From SAR324 cluster bacterium (GTDB taxonomy: Bacteria > SAR324 > NAC60-12), in NCBI GenBank assembly GCA_029245725.1, contig JAQWOT010000186.1, forward strand, positions 15,679 to 79,678: a DNA stretch of 64,000 bases, written 5' to 3'. Shown here piece by piece: positions 29,001-38,575 of the stretch. Every line of letters starts with the position of its first letter. Position 1 is the stretch's first letter. A program made the translations under genes and the position numbers. The notes below the pieces were generated by a model that did no database searches, was not told where the DNA came from, and was given only the letters and a program-made list of their open reading frames with translations.

Positions 29001-30407
29001 ATGGAACTCACCGCCGAACAGCGGGACATTGTCGATTTTCCATTACGCCACGGAGAAATCCTTAAAGTGGTGGCCTTTGCGGGAACCGGCAAAACCACTG
29101 TCCTTGAACAATTTGCCCGAGCCCGCCCGAGCCTCAGGCTACTTTACGTGGCCTTCAACAAGTCTGTCCAGCAGGAGGCTGAGCAGTGTTTTCCTACAAA
29201 CGTACATTGTCGCACGATCCACTCGTTGGCCTGGCGTAGTGAAGGGCTTCGATTTCGGCACAAGCTCGTTAATCAGATACGCGCCAATCAAGTGATGGAC
29301 TGGTTGAATCTGGACCAGCACGAGGTTGCCCGCTTTGTGATTGATACTTTGCAGAATTTTCTTGTGTCTGCCGACCCTCGACTCCATAGCGCCCATGTGC
29401 CAACCATCGCTCGGACTCACTTTGGTCCTAAGCATTTGCCAGATTTCGTGCAACAAGCACGTGAGTTATGGGTGCACATGAGTGATCCACAGCACGAAGT
29501 ACCGATGCTGCATGATGGCTACCTCAAGCTTTTTCAGCTTTCAAAACCCGAGCTGCCCTATCACATCATTCTACTGGATGAAGCGCAGGACACGAACCCT
29601 GTAACAGCTCAACTACTGCTGCAACAGGCTTGTGCCAAGATCATGGTGGGAGATCCGCATCAGGCCATCTATCAGTTTCGGGGAGCTATCGATGTGCTCT
29701 CTAAAGTACCAGTGAACGCCACGCGATACCTGACCCAGTCCTTTCGCTTCGGCCCTATCATCGCCCAAGCAGCAACAAGTGTACTGCGTCAGTTCAAAGC
29801 AGAATCTAATGCCATCCGAGGTGCAGAGAAAACTGATCAACTTGGTAGAGTGCAAGGCAGCCCTTTTGCCTACCTGGCACGCACGAATGCAGCTCTTTTC
29901 GACCAGGCCACTCAATATCTGGGACTACGTAAGTTTGGCTTTGTCGGGGGAGTACAGGGCTATCAGCTGCCTGTGATCACGGAAACCTGGAAGTTGTTTG
30001 AAGGACGCAAGAAAGAAGTACGAGACTCTTATCTGAAGACTTTTAGTTCCTATGAAGCTCTAAGGGATTATGCCACTCAAGTGGAGGACTTTGAGTGGCT
30101 TGGACGCTGCCGGTTGGTAGAAAAACATCAGGGAATGATTCCAGAGTTGGTCAAGGAAATGTTGGAACAGTCAGTGGCTCAGGAGGAGGCCGAAGTTCTT
30201 TTCTCTACAGTGCACAAGGCTAAAGGATTAGAGTTTGCCCAAGTGTTTCTGGCAGATGATTTCCCAGTTCTGGTACGTGAAGGACGTCCCTTGCCACGAG
30301 AAGAACTCGCCACTGAAGAGGTCAATATGATCTATGTGGCAGCTACCCGAGCAATCGACCGTTTGCAGCCCAACTCTCGCCTCCAGAGCTTTCTAGATAT
30401 TTGCTGA
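29001..30407 (+). CDS. Compact UvrD/PcrA-like superfamily-1 DNA helicase (468 aa)
   Basis: Walker A AFAGTGKTT, motif II LLDEAQDTNP, motif III VGDPHQAIYQFRGA, and motif VI STVHKAKGLEFAQVFL. It has no long 2B or C-terminal extension. Confidence 0.75.
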   Translation: MELTAEQRDIVDFPLRHGEILKVVAFAGTGKTTVLEQFARARPSLRLLYVAFNKSVQQEAEQCFPTNVHCRTIHSLAWRSEGLRFRHKLVNQIRANQVMDWLNLDQHEVARFVIDTLQNFLVSADPRLHSAHVPTIARTHFGPKHLPDFVQQARELWVHMSDPQHEVPMLHDGYLKLFQLSKPELPYHIILLDEAQDTNPVTAQLLLQQACAKIMVGDPHQAIYQFRGAIDVLSKVPVNATRYLTQSFRFGPIIAQAATSVLRQFKAESNAIRGAEKTDQLGRVQGSPFAYLARTNAALFDQATQYLGLRKFGFVGGVQGYQLPVITETWKLFEGRKKEVRDSYLKTFSSYEALRDYATQVEDFEWLGRCRLVEKHQGMIPELVKEMLEQSVAQEEAEVLFSTVHKAKGLEFAQVFLADDFPVLVREGRPLPREELATEEVNMIYVAATRAIDRLQPNSRLQSFLDIC

Positions 30408-30419
30408 ATACGCTACAAC

Positions 30420-31616
30420 TCAATGATGGAAGAGCCGAATCTTGGAGAAGGCCATGGTCATTCCATACTCATTGGCGGCTGTAATGACCTGCTCATCCCG
30501 GTTGCTTCCTCCAGGCTGTACCACATATTTCACACCATGCCGAGAGGCCTGATCTAGGTTGTCTCGGAAAGGGAAGAAAGCATCAGAAGCTAGAGCCACC
30601 CCCTGGAGTTGAGTAAGCCATTCCTGTTTTTGCTCAGAATCCAGCAAGAGAGGGGGTTGATTGAAGAGCTGGAGCCACGCTTGTTTTTCTAGTGGAGTCA
30701 TTTCCCCTTCAATATACCCTACCTGCGCATTTGTACGGTCCACTGCTTTCACTCCATCCGCAAAGGGTAGGGATCGTACCTTGGGGTGTTGTCGTAGGAA
30801 CCATAGATCAGCCTTGCTTCCAGCGAGCTTCGTACAGTCAATACGGCTCTGCTGGCCTGCTGCAATACCAATCATCTGTCCATCCAGTGCATAACCGACC
30901 GAATTGGACTGTGTGTACTTCAGCGTGATCGCAGCGAGTACCAGATCACGTTGAGCGTTGGTGGGTAGGTTCTTGTTCTCAGTAACAAGCTCCCCCAGTA
31001 AGTTCTCAGCGTTCAGCAGCAGATTATTTCGCTGTTGTTGAAAGACCACTCCATAGATTTCACGAAATTCCTCATCCGGGGCTGTATATTCAGGATCAGC
31101 CTGTAAGACCACATAACTGCCCCCTTTTTTAGCTTTCAGGATTTCTAGAGCCTCTGGTTCAAACGCTGGCGCAATCAGGCCATCAGAAACCTGGGTACGA
31201 ATGATCTTTGCCGTCGAAAGGTCGACCTTGCGACTCAGTGCGATGAAGTCACCAAAGGACGATAAGGGATCGGCACCCCGTGCCCGTAGATAGGCCACAG
31301 CCAACTCACTCAGGTCCTTATCCTGGCAGTCATAGACTTCTTCAAGAACTTCACTAAGTGGAGTGCCGACAGCGGCTCCTGCTGGGCTAACGTGCTTGAA
31401 GGAAGCTGCAGTGGGCAGGTTCAGGGACTGATCCAACTCCCAAACCAACTGCCAGGCGTTCAGGGCATCCAGGAGGTTGATGTAGCCTGGTCGGCCATTG
31501 AGCACCTCAAACGGTAACGGAGATTGCCCCGTTGATAGCAGGGCTGCTGGTTGCTGATGTGGATTACAGCCATACTTGAGAGGAAACAGGGGGTGATATG
31601 AACGTTGTATGGTCAT
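30420..31616 (-). CDS. AICAR-formyltransferase-domain protein (PurH C-terminal domain homolog lacking the IMP cyclohydrolase/MGS domain)
   Basis: It begins 13 residues before LKYGCNPHQ, the equivalent of PurH around residue 200. The C-terminus GGSNRDEQVITAANEYGMTMAFSKIRLFHH matches the PurH C-terminus. Confidence 0.7.
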   Translation of the reverse strand: MTIQRSYHPLFPLKYGCNPHQQPAALLSTGQSPLPFEVLNGRPGYINLLDALNAWQLVWELDQSLNLPTAASFKHVSPAGAAVGTPLSEVLEEVYDCQDKDLSELAVAYLRARGADPLSSFGDFIALSRKVDLSTAKIIRTQVSDGLIAPAFEPEALEILKAKKGGSYVVLQADPEYTAPDEEFREIYGVVFQQQRNNLLLNAENLLGELVTENKNLPTNAQRDLVLAAITLKYTQSNSVGYALDGQMIGIAAGQQSRIDCTKLAGSKADLWFLRQHPKVRSLPFADGVKAVDRTNAQVGYIEGEMTPLEKQAWLQLFNQPPLLLDSEQKQEWLTQLQGVALASDAFFPFRDNLDQASRHGVKYVVQPGGSNRDEQVITAANEYGMTMAFSKIRLFHH

Positions 31617-31912
31617 AACAAATTTTCAGATTTTAAAATAATAAATTCAGCAATTTATATTGTAAAACAGATGTGCGTAAAAACAGTCAAACGAAGCTAT
31701 TTCTAAGTATGCAGGAAAATAATTTTGTGAACATCTATCTGCTAAGTTTTTAATGTGCAACTGCTATCACTGGCATTACGCACACTCAAATTCAATCTAG
31801 CTCAACTTTTCAGGGAATGCGGCCATTCAGACAACTCAGAGTTACATTGACGTGAACTATGACTGATAAGAGGAGCGGCGGAATTGATATGGGAGTGATT
31901 ATAAAAAAGAAC

Positions 31913-32650
31913 TTAGATTTTTCGGCGAGTCAAACTAAAGGTTTGGGATGAAGGGCCTTGCGGAGGTTGGGAGGCTAGAAAAAAAGCTAGGGGGATAACA
32001 TCATCAGGTTCTTTGATCCACTCCTTGTTTGGATCAAAAAGTGAGTCATTGGGGTCATTAGATCTCTGACTACTTTGATATGTTTTGACAGGGCCTGGGA
32101 TCAACTCATTGACTGAGATTTGATGAGGTTTTAATTCTTCACCAAGCACCTTTGTTAACATCCAGAGACCAGCTTTCGAAACACAATATGCTGAATTGCC
32201 TACCTCACCAGAGTGGCCAAGTCCCGAACCAATCGTGATAATTTTAGCATGATTAGCTTTTTTGAGGTAAGGCAAAGCTGCAAAAGAACAGTAATAGGCT
32301 CCGATTAAATTAACATCAATAACTTTTTTCCAGTTAGCTGGATTACTATTTTCAAGTCTCTCACGATCTACTGAAATCCCAGCGTTTAGGAATAGAATGT
32401 CTATGCATTGATGAGAAGAACCGAAAGAAGAAATGGATTTAGAAACTGAATCAAAATCACTTACATCTGCAATCAATGCTTCTGCACTGCCACCAGAAAT
32501 TTCTATATCTTTGACAGTTGAGAAGACCTCCTCATGGGTACGCGCGAGGCACCCAACAAATGCACCTTCTTTGGCGAATGCAATTGCCAGAGCGCGTCCA
32601 ATTCCACGCCCAGCACCTGTAATTAATATGTTCTTAGATTCAAACATCAC
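31913..32650 (-). CDS. Short-chain dehydrogenase/reductase
   Basis: TGAGRGIGRA Rossmann motif and the YCVSK catalytic Y-x3-K. Confidence 0.85.
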   Translation of the reverse strand: MMFESKNILITGAGRGIGRALAIAFAKEGAFVGCLARTHEEVFSTVKDIEISGGSAEALIADVSDFDSVSKSISSFGSSHQCIDILFLNAGISVDRERLENSNPANWKKVIDVNLIGAYYCSFAALPYLKKANHAKIITIGSGLGHSGEVGNSAYCVSKAGLWMLTKVLGEELKPHQISVNELIPGPVKTYQSSQRSNDPNDSLFDPNKEWIKEPDDVIPLAFFLASQPPQGPSSQTFSLTRRKI

Positions 32651-32707
32651 TTGACTTAACGAAAAAGCAAGGAAGAGCCAAAACTGTCAGATAAGACAAA
32701 GCAGCGA

Positions 32708-33814
32708 TCATGAGAGCAAGTTAGAAATCTCTTTATTAGAAAGGAAGTTATGAACTAATGGTTGGGATTGATCTTTCTGAGATTGTTGCCAAGAGACGTG
32801 AATACCCTCATTAGTTACAAGTGCATCTACATAACGGCTACAGCCAGTACCCCACGGCGAGATAAAGTGGGGATGGAGAATAGAAATCTTCTGTAAAGCC
32901 GGGAAATCTTGATCAAAACCAAAATAAATACCACCGAGTTCTTCACAGGAATAACCCCGGGGCCTTTGATGTCCAGAAGTATTTTGGGGTAGTTCATTCA
33001 TGCATTCAGCACCATCAAAAAAGTAAATGGAACACGGTGCTAAATCTGTGAAAGGACCTATTTGAGGTAAAGGAAGTCTGGAGGTGATACGAGTAGTGGC
33101 AATATCCCAGGAATGACCCTTCTCAATAATACACCAATCAGCAATGTCAAAACCATTGGAGGTGTTCCTTCTCGCATAACCAGTACTACCAGAAGCCCAA
33201 GTGAACGGATGAGTACAAAAGAGAATATGATCAGATTTTGAACCCCAAACTACAGGGTCTTTGACATGCAAGTGTTCAAACTTTTCATTACATATGAAGA
33301 TTTCATCGATCAATGATTCATGAAAATCAGAAAGTGAATTAGACGTGATTCTACCAACAGACCAGACCCCAGTACCCGGCTTCTGATAATCATTTAGGCT
33401 TTCGGGATATTCACGTGACTTCTCAACAGAAAAGAATATTTCCCAAGTGCCGTTAGCAAGCCTATTAAGCGCTGATCCTTCAATCGAAAGTACTCTAAGG
33501 TGATCATTTTCAAGAGCAGATTTAGACCAACTCATTACTTTCCGAAAGGTACTTGCGTTATCTTCGGACTTAAACAGTGAGAGTTCAAGACCTCGAGGCC
33601 CAGCACCCACTCCTGTTCGAGAATCTCCATGATCTCTGTACCTGCCTATCAACCACAAATGGCCAAGCTCATCTGAAATCATATTTCCACCACCAAACCA
33701 ATAGCCTTTTTTTTGATCATTTGATGGTACAATTATTTTAGCTTTTTCTTGATTAACTAATTGAGAAGAAAATTGAATTAATTTTTCAATAATAATCGAA
33801 TTAATTTGTTTCAT
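32708..33814 (-). CDS. Beta-propeller glycoside-hydrolase-like protein (possible BNR/Asp-box or GH43/GH130-like)
   Basis: 368 aa with an Asp-box-like motif SEDNASTF, a repeated beta-strand pattern, and a position inside a sugar-transport operon. The family assignment is uncertain. Confidence 0.4.
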   Translation of the reverse strand: MKQINSIIIEKLIQFSSQLVNQEKAKIIVPSNDQKKGYWFGGGNMISDELGHLWLIGRYRDHGDSRTGVGAGPRGLELSLFKSEDNASTFRKVMSWSKSALENDHLRVLSIEGSALNRLANGTWEIFFSVEKSREYPESLNDYQKPGTGVWSVGRITSNSLSDFHESLIDEIFICNEKFEHLHVKDPVVWGSKSDHILFCTHPFTWASGSTGYARRNTSNGFDIADWCIIEKGHSWDIATTRITSRLPLPQIGPFTDLAPCSIYFFDGAECMNELPQNTSGHQRPRGYSCEELGGIYFGFDQDFPALQKISILHPHFISPWGTGCSRYVDALVTNEGIHVSWQQSQKDQSQPLVHNFLSNKEISNLLS

Positions 33815-33826
33815 ATAACTATGTTT

Positions 33827-34660
33827 TTATTTGTTAGATCCTGAAGTAAGTCCACCAATAATTTGCTTTTGAAAAATTCCTGTAATGATCAAAACAGGAA
33901 TAATAGATAGAAACGTTGCCGTACTAATGGTCTCCCAAGGGAATGAGTACTCGCCAGGATAAAGAGATATGCCGACAGGTGCTGTTCGCATATCGTTGTC
34001 ATGGAGAAGAACTAATGAAAGTGGAAACTCATTCCAAGAAAAAATAAATACAATCAGACTAGTAGCAAAAATACCTGGTTTAGATAAAGGGAGTATTATT
34101 CTCCAAAATATATCAAATGGACCACATCCATCAATCTTGGCAGCATCTTCAATTTCAAAAGGTATGGTACGAATATAATTTGCTAAAATCCATATGGCCA
34201 TAGTGATAAATAAACCAGTATGAGCTATAATTAAAGATGGATAGGAATTAATAAGATTCAAATTTTTAAAGACTATAAAAATTGCTGGTAGTATTGCAAT
34301 GTTCGGAAACATTGAAACACCTAGCATACCGAGCATAATCGAAAAACTACCTCTAAATTTTATTCTTACAAGTGCGTAAGCAGCTAGGCCACCAAATAAA
34401 ATAATTGTGACTGTAGTAAATACAGCAATAATGGTACTATTTAGGATATATCTTAGTAGTTCAGGGGAACTATTAAAAATCTTTATATAATTATTAATTG
34501 TACCAGGGGAAGGGAATAATTTCGGTGGCCAAGCATAAATATCTTTAGCCGGCATCAGAGACGTAAAAAATAACCAAATGATAGGAAAAAAAGAAATCAA
34601 TACAACTACAATTGATATGAAATATATCAAAAATTTTATTCTTAATTTTGATTTCATCAA
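33827..34660 (-). CDS. Carbohydrate ABC transporter permease (MalG-like)
   Basis: Six transmembrane helices and the EAA loop EDAAKIDGCGPFDIFWRIILPL. Confidence 0.85.
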   Translation of the reverse strand: MMKSKLRIKFLIYFISIVVVLISFFPIIWLFFTSLMPAKDIYAWPPKLFPSPGTINNYIKIFNSSPELLRYILNSTIIAVFTTVTIILFGGLAAYALVRIKFRGSFSIMLGMLGVSMFPNIAILPAIFIVFKNLNLINSYPSLIIAHTGLFITMAIWILANYIRTIPFEIEDAAKIDGCGPFDIFWRIILPLSKPGIFATSLIVFIFSWNEFPLSLVLLHDNDMRTAPVGISLYPGEYSFPWETISTATFLSIIPVLIITGIFQKQIIGGLTSGSNK

Positions 34661-34686
34661 AATTATTAGTTGAATTAGATTAAAAC

Positions 34687-35592
34687 TTAATAATCAATAT
34701 TTTTTATTGATTTAATATATATCAAACTCATGATCATAATCAGAATAAATTGAACAATTACCATACTAGATCCATAATTAAATTCAACAAATTCAAAAAG
34801 GACACGATATGAATATAATGAAATAGTTTCTGTCGTATTTAGTGGTCCACCATCAGTAAAATTAAATGGGAGTTCAAAAACTCTAAGTGCATCCATAGTT
34901 CTCAGTAATAGAGAAACAATAATTGCTGGAGTTAACAAGGGTAGTGTAATGTAAAAAAAGGATTTAAGATCACTGGCTCCATCAGTTTTTGCACTTTCAT
35001 ATAAATCTTTGGGGATTGTTTGTAATCCAGCTAGGAGTAAAAGTGCCATGAATGAGCTGGTCTTCCATGTAGAAACAGACATCATTGCGATCATAGCCAG
35101 TGGTTCTTTGCCAAGCCAGTTTAGCTGATTTTCAATTAATCCAATACTTATTAATCCGTAGTTAATTATTCCAAACTCAGTGTTAAACATCCATCTCCAC
35201 ATTATCGCATTTAACGCAGTTGGTAATGCCCACGGAAATAAGATGGCAACTCTAACAATACCTCTAAATTTGAATTCTTTATTTAATAAAACTGCAATGA
35301 CTAACCCAAAAATTAATTCTGCTGGTATGGTGAAAAAAGTGAAAATCAATGTATTATTGAACGACTCAACAAATCGATCATCGCTGATTAAATTGGCATA
35401 ATTCTCAAAAGACCATTCACTATTTTCACTATATTCTGGCTTAAGGCTATAGAGGAAAGCTTGTATTACAGGGTATACAAGAACGAAGATAACGACTAGC
35501 AGTGATGGAAGAACAAACAGATAACCAATTCGAGTATTACGATGTAATTTAATGTAGTCTAGTTGCAAGTAAGATCTTTTTTTCAGTGCCAA
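34687..35592 (-). CDS. Carbohydrate ABC transporter permease (MalF-like)
   Basis: Six transmembrane helices and the EAA loop YESAKTDGASDLKSFFYITLPL. Confidence 0.85.
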   Translation of the reverse strand: MALKKRSYLQLDYIKLHRNTRIGYLFVLPSLLVVIFVLVYPVIQAFLYSLKPEYSENSEWSFENYANLISDDRFVESFNNTLIFTFFTIPAELIFGLVIAVLLNKEFKFRGIVRVAILFPWALPTALNAIMWRWMFNTEFGIINYGLISIGLIENQLNWLGKEPLAMIAMMSVSTWKTSSFMALLLLAGLQTIPKDLYESAKTDGASDLKSFFYITLPLLTPAIIVSLLLRTMDALRVFELPFNFTDGGPLNTTETISLYSYRVLFEFVEFNYGSSMVIVQFILIMIMSLIYIKSIKNIDY

Positions 35593-35633
35593 GCACTGCT
35601 TTGAGTAGTAAGCAGTGCCCGGAATTCATATGG

Positions 35634-36905
35634 TTATTTTCTTTCACTAGGAAGGAATCGTTTAATCTGGTTTTCTGCATCCTCCATTGCTTTTGCTGGT
35701 GTTTTCCGTTGATGCAGTGCTTCTGTAATTTCTGCCTGCATAATTTGGGAGACTCTACTATAGCGTTCACCAGTTTCAGCTGATGGCCTGACGACTCCAA
35801 CCTTATAGTTTGCTCCAAGAATTTGCAGAACTGAACCTTTCAGAGAAGGATCTTGGTATACTGCATTGATTGTTGGTGCTTTATTTGAAACTTTTGCAGA
35901 TTCTAATTGCGATTCATACTTTGTGAAATATTTGATTAGCTTTGCAGCGGCCTCCTTGTGCTCTGAGAACTGATTTATTGCTAATAAATATCCACCTATC
36001 GTAGTAGAATGACTATTCTCATTTCCTTCAAAATATGGATTTCTTGTTATTTTGAATTTGTTCTTGACTGGAGAATCATCAGCACTCAGAGGACTTATTA
36101 CAAAATCTTGTACCATCAAAAATACTGCTCTCTCCTGTTGAAATAGAACCCTTGCATCATTTGGCTTAAATGTAAGTATGCTTTCATTTGCGATTTTATG
36201 CTTGTGTAATATATCAACCATTGCTTGCATTGCTTTTACACCTTCAGGACTATTTACCGCAATTTTGCCTTGCTCGTCAAAGAACTTTCCACCAGCTCCA
36301 TAGAAGAATGTTAGCCAATTCATAAATAGACCTTCAATCTTCGCCCACATATTTACAAATCCAACTAATTCAGGATTTTTCTCCCCTTCTAGGATTGTTT
36401 TCGATTGGCTTATCAACTCTTCCCAGGTTTTGGGCGCTTTAAATCCGTATTTTTTCAATAAATCGCTGCGATAAAATAAATGTGTACCATCTATATAAAG
36501 TGGAATTGCATACAGTTTTCCATCTACTGTTGCTGCTTCAGCAAAACTTTGATTGTACTTGCTTAGCTCTGCCTGTGTGAATAGATCATTTAACGGTGCT
36601 ATCCATCCTCTTTTTGCAAAATCACCTGGCCAAATAACATCAACTGAAATGATGTCAGGCTTTTCGCTTTCAGCCGTAAAATTTGTAACATATAACTTTC
36701 TTGATTCATTAGGTACGTCAGAAATCTTTTGCCAATTTACTTTTATTTGAGGATTTTCTTTCATAAATTCTTCAATTAGTCTTGGTGTCATTTCACCAAA
36801 ACCTCTTGGTCCAATTGATATTGTTATTTCTGTCTCTGCACTGAATGCTATTGAAGCATATTGAAATACTAAAAAGAATATTGTGAATAATTTAATCATT
36901 CTCAT
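35634..36905 (-). CDS. Extracellular sugar-binding protein (family 1 solute-binding protein) with a signal peptide
   Basis: N-terminal signal MRMIKLFTIFFLVFQYASIAFSA. At 423 aa it is a typical CUT1 binding-protein size and composition. Confidence 0.8.
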   Translation of the reverse strand: MRMIKLFTIFFLVFQYASIAFSAETEITISIGPRGFGEMTPRLIEEFMKENPQIKVNWQKISDVPNESRKLYVTNFTAESEKPDIISVDVIWPGDFAKRGWIAPLNDLFTQAELSKYNQSFAEAATVDGKLYAIPLYIDGTHLFYRSDLLKKYGFKAPKTWEELISQSKTILEGEKNPELVGFVNMWAKIEGLFMNWLTFFYGAGGKFFDEQGKIAVNSPEGVKAMQAMVDILHKHKIANESILTFKPNDARVLFQQERAVFLMVQDFVISPLSADDSPVKNKFKITRNPYFEGNENSHSTTIGGYLLAINQFSEHKEAAAKLIKYFTKYESQLESAKVSNKAPTINAVYQDPSLKGSVLQILGANYKVGVVRPSAETGERYSRVSQIMQAEITEALHQRKTPAKAMEDAENQIKRFLPSERK

Positions 36906-37276
36906 TTTGACCTCATATAATCATTTGGATAATTTAGTTTAAAATCTCTTAGAAAATTAAACTGAAAAAATACTTTCTATTATTTACTCTTTTTGATGTC
37001 AAGTTATTTTATTTGCAAATAAAAGTGCTAATATTCAGTTGAGTTATGAATTCACTAGTTGGAGCAATTGGGTAGTTTAGACAAATGAATCTATCTCTGA
37101 GATTTCGAGATCTAAGGATGTAATGTCCTTACTGTTATCAGCCAGTCTATATTTTCTTTGGGATTATGAATTGGAGTGCCCCAACGCTATTGCTACCAGG
37201 TGTGTTGATGAATGTTCCAGACACTACAAATAGGCTCCAACAACTCTTAAGTTTTAACGTTGGCTCAGAAGAAGGA

Positions 37277-38569
37277 TCAAGTGGGTGATGAGGGTGGTGC
37301 TGTTATAAAAGGCATTTTTCCAGGAGGCTGAGTAGTATCATTGGGAATCTGAGCCTGCATGCGCCAGAGTACTAAGCCTGTTAAGGCCGCAGCAATCGTC
37401 AGGGGCCATTCCAACCCGATCCAGTCAGCTGTGGTCCCGACCAACAAAGCACCGGTAGCTGGCCCTCCCCGAAGAACCAGACCACAAAGACCGAGCTGGC
37501 GTCCCCGGAACTGTGACTCCACCTCCAACTGCAGCATGGTTTGGGTTGAGATCCCACTCACCATCAGCAACAAACCACACCCCGCTACAACGATCACAGC
37601 AAGCGCAAACGATGGACTCCAGGAGAGAATGGCTAGCAGTAAACACAAGCCCCAGGCAGAAAAGTGGAAAATTCTTGGCAGCGCTTCGTGAGGTTGCTGA
37701 CTCATCCAGAGGCTACCAGCAACGGCTCCAAGTCCCAGCCCAGAAGAGAGCAAAGCCAATCCCTCTACTACTTGGTGAAACAACAGATCTGAGACCCCCG
37801 GTAGTAGTTCTGCAAGTTGTCGAACGCCAAGGCAGAGTATGATAAAGATGGCTAACCAGGGTCCGAGCAAGGGATGTTAACGAGCATAGTGCAAGCCTGT
37901 GCGGATGCTTTGAATTAGGCTTGTTGGTGCAGTTTGACGAACTTGCTCTACGTGCTCTTCCTGAATCTTTAAATACCACAGTACTCCCCAGAACCAGCAG
38001 TAGCCGGTTGCGCTGAAGCCCAATAAAATGGTTGGGCTCAGCCATACCAGCCCAATTCCCGCCAGCATGGGTCCAAGAAATCTTGCCAGGTTGAAGATGA
38101 TTGTGTTGAGTGAAACGGCGGATGTCAGGTGCTAGTGAGGTACCATTGAAGAGACCAGCGCCATCCGTGAAGGCTGAGCGAAGCTCGTGACTACCCCCTG
38201 CATCAAAACCAGACCAAGTAAAACAGGGAGGATTAGCAAATTATTCAGCAACAGTAGGCAGAACAGCAAGGCCTGGAGAAAAATCAGTCCCTGGGTAATT
38301 CAAAGTACCTTGATGCGGCTGTACCGGTCTGCAAAGACTCCTGCTACAGGAGCCAGCAGCAGGGAGGGAGCCAGTTCAGCCATTGAAATCGCCCCCAGCC
38401 AGAAACCGGAATGGGTCATTTCCCAGGTGAGCCAACCAACCTTAGTACGTTGTATCCAGAGTCCCAGCAGGTTGGGGATGTTGCTGAGTGCGTATTTGCG
38501 GTAGGGATACTGGGCCAGTGCCTGGTGGATCGGATTTTTCTGCCAGCATTCGATCAAAGCTAGCAGCAT
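37277..38569 (-). pseudogene. Frameshifted MFS transporter (EntS/MFS_3-like) pseudogene
   Basis: The N-terminal MFS motif ...WLGAISMAELAPSLLLAPVAGVFADRYSRIKVL (38300-38569) and the C-terminal transmembrane half (37277-37870) are in different frames. They are separated by short fragments (37877-38068), and the total span is about one MFS gene. Confidence 0.55.
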
Positions 38570-38575
38570 CGGGGC

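Larger units (their letters stand above)
31617..37276 (-). other. Low-GC (AT-rich codon usage) genomic island: sugar ABC uptake plus glycoside-hydrolase-like protein plus short-chain dehydrogenase operon, all on the minus strand
   Basis: There is an abrupt composition shift relative to the flanks. Both boundaries are long AT-rich non-coding stretches (296 bp and 371 bp). Confidence 0.6.

Noticed and set aside
26703-30407. A Zorya-like defence system (MotA/MotB homologs plus a helicase)
   Set aside because: The A subunit is a 273-aa PomA-like protein without the long ZorA cytoplasmic tail, and both B subunits look like bona fide PomB proteins. The helicase is UvrD-like rather than the ZorD type. 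This is kept only as a low-probability hypothesis in the findings.
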